The notes under the pieces were generated by a model. It ran no database searches, was not told the DNA's origin, and worked only from the letters and a program-made list of their open reading frames with translations. Positions 24,219 to 40,325 of a DNA stretch of 40,325 nucleotides are shown here, piece by piece. The translations under genes and the position numbers were made by a program. This DNA comes from Kofleriaceae bacterium (GTDB lineage Bacteria > Myxococcota_A > Polyangia > Haliangiales > Haliangiaceae), in the NCBI GenBank assembly GCA_046597055.1, contig JBKJLC010000260.1, forward strand, positions 1 through 40,325, given 5' to 3'. Position 1 is the stretch's first letter; the number at the start of each line of letters is the position of its first letter.

Positions 24219-25682
24219 GTGGCACTGCGAGGAGGACTCGACGACGCTCGCATCGAGGAGATCGTCGCCCGCGTGCTCGACCGGCTCGGCGGGGGTGCCA
24301 CCGTGGCGCCGTCGCGGCCGGCGGCCTCGTCCGACGCCGGCACCAGCAAGCGCGGCGCCGGGGTGCCCCGCGGCACGCTCGGCGTGTTTGAAGATGCCGA
24401 TGCCGCGGTGAAGGCGGCCCGCCGCGGCTTCGAGGCCAACGAGCGGCTGCCGGTCGCGACCCGTCAGAAGATGATCGCCGCGATGCGCGCGGTCACGCTG
24501 GCGCAGAACGAGGCGCTGGCCCGCCACGCGGTCGACGAGACCGGGCTCGGTCGTTACCAGGACAAGCTGGCCAAGAACCGGCTGGTCGCCGAGAAGACGC
24601 CCGGGGTCGAGATCTTGCGCCCGGTCGCGTACACCGGCGACGACGGCCTGATGCTGGTCGAGCGCGCGCCCTACGGCGTGTTCCTCGCGGTCACGCCGAC
24701 CACCAACCCGACCGAGACCATCCTGTGCAACGCGATCGGCATGGTCGCCGGCGGCAACGCGGTCGTGTTCAACGTGCACCCGTCGGCGGCGCGGGTGTCA
24801 AACTGGTTCGTCCACCTGCTCAACGAGGCGATCATCGGCGCCGGCGGACCGCGCGACGTGATCTGCTCGGTCGAGCAGCCGACCATCGAGAGCGCGCAGA
24901 TCCTGATGAAGCACCCGCTGGTGCGGCTGGTGGTCGTCACCGGCGGCCCCGCGGTGGTCAAGCAGGCGATGGCGTCGGGCAAGAAGGTGATCGCGGCCGG
25001 CCCGGGCAACCCGCCGGCGGTGGTCGACGAGACCGCGCACCTCGACAAGGCCGCCGACGCGATCGTCCGCGGCGCCTCGCTCGACAACAACATCGTCTGC
25101 ATCGCCGAGAAGGAGGTCATCGCGGTCGCCTCGATCGCCGACGAGCTCCTGCGTCAGCTCGGCAAGAAGGGCGCGCTGGTCCTCGACGCTGCGCAGGTCA
25201 AGGCGGTCGAGAAGGTCGTGCTCGACGGCGACCACGTCAACAAGGACTGGGTCGGCAAGGACGCCGGCGTGATCGCGGCGGCCGCTGGCATCCGCGGCCA
25301 TGGCGCCGACCTGCGGCTCCTGATCGCCGATGTCGACGAGGAGCATCCGTTCGTCCAGCACGAGCTGCTCACGTCGGTGATCGGGTTCGTCCGCAAGAAG
25401 GACGCGACCGACGCGATCGCCACCGCGGTCCGGGTCGAGCACGGCTTCCACCACACCGCGACCATGCACTCGTCGAACATCGACAACATGGCGGCGATGG
25501 CGCGGGTCTGCAACGCGTCGATCTTCGTCAAGAACGACGCGTCGTACGCCGGCCTCGGCCTCGGCGGCGAGGGCTACACCTCGTTCACGATCGCGAGCCC
25601 GACCGGCGAGGGCCTGACCACCGCCGTGCACTTCACGCGCGAGCGGCGCTGCACCCTGAAGGAAGCGTTCCGCTTCGTCTGA
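24219..25682 (+). CDS. CoA-acylating aldehyde dehydrogenase (EutE/PduP family) with N-terminal encapsulation peptide
   Basis: ETGLGRYQDK..KN, TPTTNPTET, VTGGPAVV, AGPGNPPAVVDETA, NNIVCIAEKE (catalytic Cys), FTIASPTGEGLT; GAGGAGG SD before the GTG. Confidence 0.95.
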   Translation: MALRGGLDDARIEEIVARVLDRLGGGATVAPSRPAASSDAGTSKRGAGVPRGTLGVFEDADAAVKAARRGFEANERLPVATRQKMIAAMRAVTLAQNEALARHAVDETGLGRYQDKLAKNRLVAEKTPGVEILRPVAYTGDDGLMLVERAPYGVFLAVTPTTNPTETILCNAIGMVAGGNAVVFNVHPSAARVSNWFVHLLNEAIIGAGGPRDVICSVEQPTIESAQILMKHPLVRLVVVTGGPAVVKQAMASGKKVIAAGPGNPPAVVDETAHLDKAADAIVRGASLDNNIVCIAEKEVIAVASIADELLRQLGKKGALVLDAAQVKAVEKVVLDGDHVNKDWVGKDAGVIAAAAGIRGHGADLRLLIADVDEEHPFVQHELLTSVIGFVRKKDATDAIATAVRVEHGFHHTATMHSSNIDNMAAMARVCNASIFVKNDASYAGLGLGGEGYTSFTIASPTGEGLTTAVHFTRERRCTLKEAFRFV

Positions 25683-26269
25683 TGCCGGGCGTTCGCCTAC
25701 CTGGGCCCGCGCTCGGTCTGCTCGAGCTGTCGTCGATCGCGCGGGGCGTGGTGGTCGCCGATGCCGCGCTCAAGCGGGCGCCGGCGATCCTCATGTCGTC
25801 GCGCACGCTGTCGGCCGGCAAGCACCTGGTCGTGCTCGAGGGCGACGTGGCGTCGGTCAACGAGGCGATGGCGGCCGGGCGCACCGCCGCCGGTGACCTG
25901 TTGCTCGACCGGCTCGAGCTGGCGATGGCCGACGCCCAGATCTGGCCGATGCTCGCGGTCGGCGGCGTGGTCATCGGCGCCGACTGGGCCGACGATCCCG
26001 ACGCCGAAGCGGTCGCGATCGTCGAGACCCGCACGGTGTGCGCTGCGATCGCGGCCGCCGATGCCGCGTGCAAGGCGGCCGACGTGGTCGTGCGCGACGT
26101 CCGGCTGGCGGTCGACCTCGCCGGCAAGGCGGTCTTCACCTTCACCGGCGACCTCGATGCGGTCGATGCCGCGGTCGAGGCGGCCGGCGCGGCCGCGGCC
26201 GACCGGCTGGTCGGCCTCGAGCGCATCGCGCAGCCCGCGCCCGAGTTGCGCGGCCAGCTGTTCCGCTGA
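25682..26269 (+). CDS. Microcompartment shell protein BMC-T (PduT-like single-layer trimer; HO BMC-T1-like)
   Basis: ATG overlaps the ALDH stop (TGATG); [56 protein letters not shown]. Confidence 0.93.
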   Translation: MPGVRLPGPALGLLELSSIARGVVVADAALKRAPAILMSSRTLSAGKHLVVLEGDVASVNEAMAAGRTAAGDLLLDRLELAMADAQIWPMLAVGGVVIGADWADDPDAEAVAIVETRTVCAAIAAADAACKAADVVVRDVRLAVDLAGKAVFTFTGDLDAVDAAVEAAGAAAADRLVGLERIAQPAPELRGQLFR

Positions 26270-26345
26270 CGCGGCTGCCGCGGGGGGGGGCGGGGGGCCC
26301 CGGCCCGACTTGCGCGAGGGCGACCCGTGGGCCAGGATGCGCCCG

Positions 26346-27127
<782 letters not shown>

Positions 27128-27131
<4 letters not shown>

Positions 27132-27949
27132 CCTCGCTCGGGCTCGCCACCGACCTCATGCTCGCGCGCTGGAGCGGCGAGGTGCTCGACCGTGGCGACC
27201 ACCAGGTCGTCCGGACGCCGGACGAGCCTGACTACTGGACCGGCAACGCGATCGTGGTGCCCGCGCAGCCGGTCGATCTCGACCGCTGGGAGCGATGGTT
27301 CGCGGCGGGGCACCCGTCGGCCGTGCACCGGACCGTGCTGGTCGACGGCGACCTCGCCGCCGACACCGCCGGCGCGGCGGCGGCGCGTGGCTACCAGGTC
27401 CGGCGCGTCGTGGTCCTGACCACGCAGGCCGCGCCGGTCGCCCCGCCGGTGGCACCCGCGCCGGACCTCGCCGCGGCCGCCGAGCCGGCGCCGGGGGTGA
27501 CCGTCCGCGCGCTCGCTGGCGACGACGACTGGGACGCCCAGCTGATGCTCACGATCGCCTGCGACGAGCTCGAGGCTCCGCGCGACGAGCGCTACCGCGG
27601 GTTCATCGCCGACCGACTGGCCGCCAAGCGGGCCTGGGTCGAGGCGGGTCGCGGGGCCTGGTGGGGCGCGTTCGCCGCCGACCGCCTGGTCGGGTCGCTC
27701 GGGCTGTTCCACGCGCACGGCCTGGGGCGTTACCAGGACGTCGTGACCCACCCTGACCACCGACGCCAGGGCCTGGCCAGCGCGCTCCTGGCCGCGGCCG
27801 GCGGCGCCCTGCTCGCAGGCGGCCTCGCCCGCACGCTGGTGATCCAGGCCGCCGGAGACAGTGAAGCGGCCCGGCTCTACCCGCGGGTCGGGTTCGCCCC
27901 GGCCGGCGTCCTCACCGAGCTGCTGCGCCGGCCGCCCCCGGTCGGCTGA
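27128..27949 (+). CDS. GNAT-family acetyltransferase
   Basis: GTG overlaps the cyclophilin stop; [12 protein letters not shown]; acetyl-CoA motif [20 protein letters not shown]. Confidence 0.85.
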
Positions 27950-28033
27950 CCTGCCACAACGGGGGGCTCGGGCCACCGAGCGGGGCGCGGTCTCCCCAGG
28001 GGGCCGCGGGCGTACCTGCGCCAGAAACCAAGG

Positions 28034-29572
<1,539 letters not shown>

Positions 29573-29662
29573 CAGCGCCTCGGTCGCCAGCGCCGGGGCG
29601 GTACCCGGATTGTGCCCGCGGCGTGCTTGTACAAGCCGCAACTGCCGGGTAACCACTACCAG

Positions 29663-30310
29663 ATGATGCTGCGCTCGCTCGCCAAGCAGGCCGCCCGGCC
29701 TGTGCTCCAGCGAGCGACCGGGGGCCGGCTGGTGTGGCGGGGACCTACCGAGCGACGGCGCGTGGCGCTCACGTTCGACGACGGTCCGCACGCGCTCACG
29801 ACCGACCTGCTCGAGCTGCTGGCGCACCACGGTGTGCCCGCGACCTTCTTCGTGATGGGCGCGTGGGTCGAGGAGCGCCCCCAGGTGGTGGTCGAGTACC
29901 TGCGCGGCGGCCACCAGCTGGCCGGGCATGGCTACTACCACACGCGCTTCACCACGCTCAGCCCGCGGGAGCTCCGGGCCGAGCTTGCGCGGATGTCGGA
30001 CGCGATCGGCCCGATGCGGCACGGCCACTGGGTGCGCCCGCCGCACGGCACGATCGGCGCGGTCGACGTCTCGACGATGCTCGCGACCGGCTACGTCGTG
30101 GCGCTGTGGTCGCTCGACAGCCTCGACCACGCCGGCGCCAGCCCGGACAAGATCGCCGAGCGGTGCCGGCCCGACGCGGTGCGGCCGGGCGAGGTCATCC
30201 TGATGCACGAGGGCGAGGCGGCCACCCTCGAGGCGCTGCCCACGATCATCGCTCGCCTGCAGGCCGACGGGTACGAGCTGGTCACCATGGCCGACCTGAT
30301 CACGCCCTGA
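29663..30310 (+). CDS. NodB/CE4 polysaccharide deacetylase
   Basis: ALTFDDGP, ATFFVMG, HGYYH, RPPHG, WSLDSLD, ILMHE. Confidence 0.92.
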   Translation: MMLRSLAKQAARPVLQRATGGRLVWRGPTERRRVALTFDDGPHALTTDLLELLAHHGVPATFFVMGAWVEERPQVVVEYLRGGHQLAGHGYYHTRFTTLSPRELRAELARMSDAIGPMRHGHWVRPPHGTIGAVDVSTMLATGYVVALWSLDSLDHAGASPDKIAERCRPDAVRPGEVILMHEGEAATLEALPTIIARLQADGYELVTMADLITP

Positions 30311-30478
30311 GCCGCGCGAGGCGAGGCGGCCGCCGATTCCGTACAGATCGGGCGCGGCCTCCGGGCCGCGGCCGACCGATCGAAAGGGAGGGTGGGATCG
30401 AGAGATCACAGCCTCTGGAGCCTCCGGCTGGCCGGCGCGCGGCCGCGGCCCGGCGGTTCTTCGAGTACATTGTCGCCG

Positions 30479-33244
<2,766 letters not shown>

Positions 33245-33257
33245 TCCGGCCCGGTCT

Positions 33258-33300
33258 TGTCATTTTGGCAGGAGCCCCCTGGGGGGCTGCCATGCTGGCA
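33258..33300. promoter_or_regulatory. Paired palindromic sites TGYCA-N3-TGGCA, candidate enhancer for a sigma-54 activator
   Basis: TGTCAtttTGGCA (33258-33270) and TGCCAtgcTGGCA (33288-33300), 30 bp apart, upstream of a -24/-12-like element. Confidence 0.55.
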
Positions 33301-33363
33301 CGTGACCCGGGTGGCAGAACTCTTTCACGCGAGCAAATCCGATTGGTTGAGCGGGAATGGGCC

Positions 33364-33379
33364 TGGCACCCAGCTTGTA
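33364..33379 (+). promoter_or_regulatory. Candidate sigma-54 (-24/-12) promoter
   Basis: TGGCAC-CCAGC-TTGTA matches TGGCAC-N5-TTGCW with exact spacing and one mismatch (GT for GC at -12). Confidence 0.55.
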
Positions 33380-33442
33380 ATGATGTTGGACGGTGCCAGC
33401 ATGCTCCTTTCACGTGGCTCAGACTCCAGCGCGGGTAGCGGT

Positions 33443-35007
<1,565 letters not shown>

Positions 35008-35008
<1 letters not shown>

Positions 35009-35955
35009 TGCAGGAGATCGTCAAGCGCCACTTCTGGGTGGTGATCGCGCTCGCGGTCGCGGGCAGCGCGGTGTTCGCGGCCAAGGTGGTCAACAACGTC
35101 GCCGAGGCCAAGTTCCTCCCCGACGCCAAGCGTGGCCCCAAGGTCGCAGCGGTGGCGCCGTCGCCGTCGACGCCAGTGGTGGTGCGGACCAAGGACGGCA
35201 AGCCGCTCACCGATCGCAACATGTTCTGCTCGACCTGCCTGCCGCCGGTGGTGGTCGCGTCCACCGATGGGCCGATCGATCCCAACACGATCCCGATGAC
35301 CTCGCTGCCGCTGCAGCTGGTCGCGACCCACGTCCCCGACAAGCAGTTCGCCAGGAAGCACGCGTTCGCGACCGTGCTCAACACCGCGACCCAGAAGCAG
35401 GGCGCCTACTGGATCGACGACGAGATCCCCGGCGCCGGCAAGATCGTCGAGGTCCACTACAAGTTCGTCGACTTCACCAACACCGCGTCGGGTCGCAAGG
35501 AGCGCATCTCGATCACCGGCGAGGCGCCGCCGCCGCCGGTGTCCAGCGTCGCCGCGGTCGAGGCGCCCCCGACCCCGACCGGTGATGGCGACGAGCTCAC
35601 CGCCGCGATCGACTCGGGCATCCGCAAGATCGACGAGTCGAACTTCGAGATCGACCGCTCGCTGGTCGAGAAGGTGCTGGCCAACCCGATGGCGGTCGCC
35701 AAGGGCGCGCGGGTCATGCCGTCGTCGAAGAACGGCGAGCCCAACGGCTTCAAGCTGTACGCGGTCCGGCCCAGCTCGGTCTACGCCAAGCTCGGCTTCG
35801 CCAACGGCGACACCATCCACGCCGTCAACGGCATGGAGCTCAACTCGATGGATCGCGCGATGGAGGTCTACTCGAAGGTCCGTGAGGCCTCGAATCTCCA
35901 GGTCACGGTCACCCGTCGCGGCAAGCCCGTGACCCTCAACTACGGCATTCGCTGA
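35008..35955 (+). CDS. gspC: Type II secretion protein C (TM, HR, PDZ)
   Basis: GGAGG SD then ATG overlapping the upstream stop; N-terminal TM; C-terminal PDZ (GFKLYAVRPSSVYAKLGFANGD..AVNG); precedes gspD. Confidence 0.9.
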
Positions 35956-35978
35956 GCCTCGTCTCGGAACCCGGACCC

Positions 35979-40261
<4,283 letters not shown>

Positions 40262-40262
40262 C

Positions 40263-40325
40263 ATGGTGATGTACGCCTACAAGGGCCTGGGGCCGACCGG
40301 CAAGAACGTCGCCGGGACCCGCGAC
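40263..40325 (+). CDS. gspF: Type II secretion inner-membrane protein F, 5' fragment
   Basis: MVMYAYKGLGPTGKNVAGTRD matches the GspF/PilC N-terminal pattern and immediately follows gspE. Confidence 0.8.
   Translation, partial: MVMYAYKGLGPTGKNVAGTRD

Noticed and set aside
22886..26269. Calling the locus a carboxysome or eut/pdu operon
   Set aside because: No RuBisCO, carbonic anhydrase, EutBC or diol dehydratase genes; only shell proteins and an aldehyde dehydrogenase.
24725..26345. Long upstream extensions of the BMC-T1 (24725) and cyclophilin (25761) ORFs suggesting fusions
   Set aside because: They overlap real genes in other frames; motif-supported starts are 25682 and 26346.

Overview
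GC-rich bacterial chromosome segment, most likely Myxococcota (Haliangium/Kofleria-like; inferred from gene content and close resemblance to Haliangium ochraceum microcompartment proteins as I recall them). It holds about 35 genes and no rRNA, tRNA, CRISPR or mobile element that I can see. In order: a MinD/FleN-type ATPase fused to J-like and HTH domains, a small conserved protein and rluD; a solute-binding lipoprotein/Cache kinase/sigma-54 regulator set; yicC-gmk-(lipoprotein)-rel followed by an unlisted 59-aa basic ORF; a PilZ protein; several apparently catalytically degenerate proteins (Ser/Thr pseudokinase, MDR dehydrogenase, FHA-bEBP); pgeF; a TolC-family gene divergent from a five-gene Haliangium (HO)-type bacterial microcompartment operon (BMC-T, BMC-H, BMC-P, aldehyde dehydrogenase, BMC-T) with no signature enzyme; cyclophilin, GNAT, bEBP, deacetylase; a polytopic histidine kinase; and a sigma-54 response regulator coupled to a type II secretion operon (gspCDE, start of gspF). 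Many genes have a -10-like hexamer 6-9 nt before the start codon, suggesting leaderless mRNAs. Family calls rest on motif recognition from memory; no searches were run, and several start codons are estimates.
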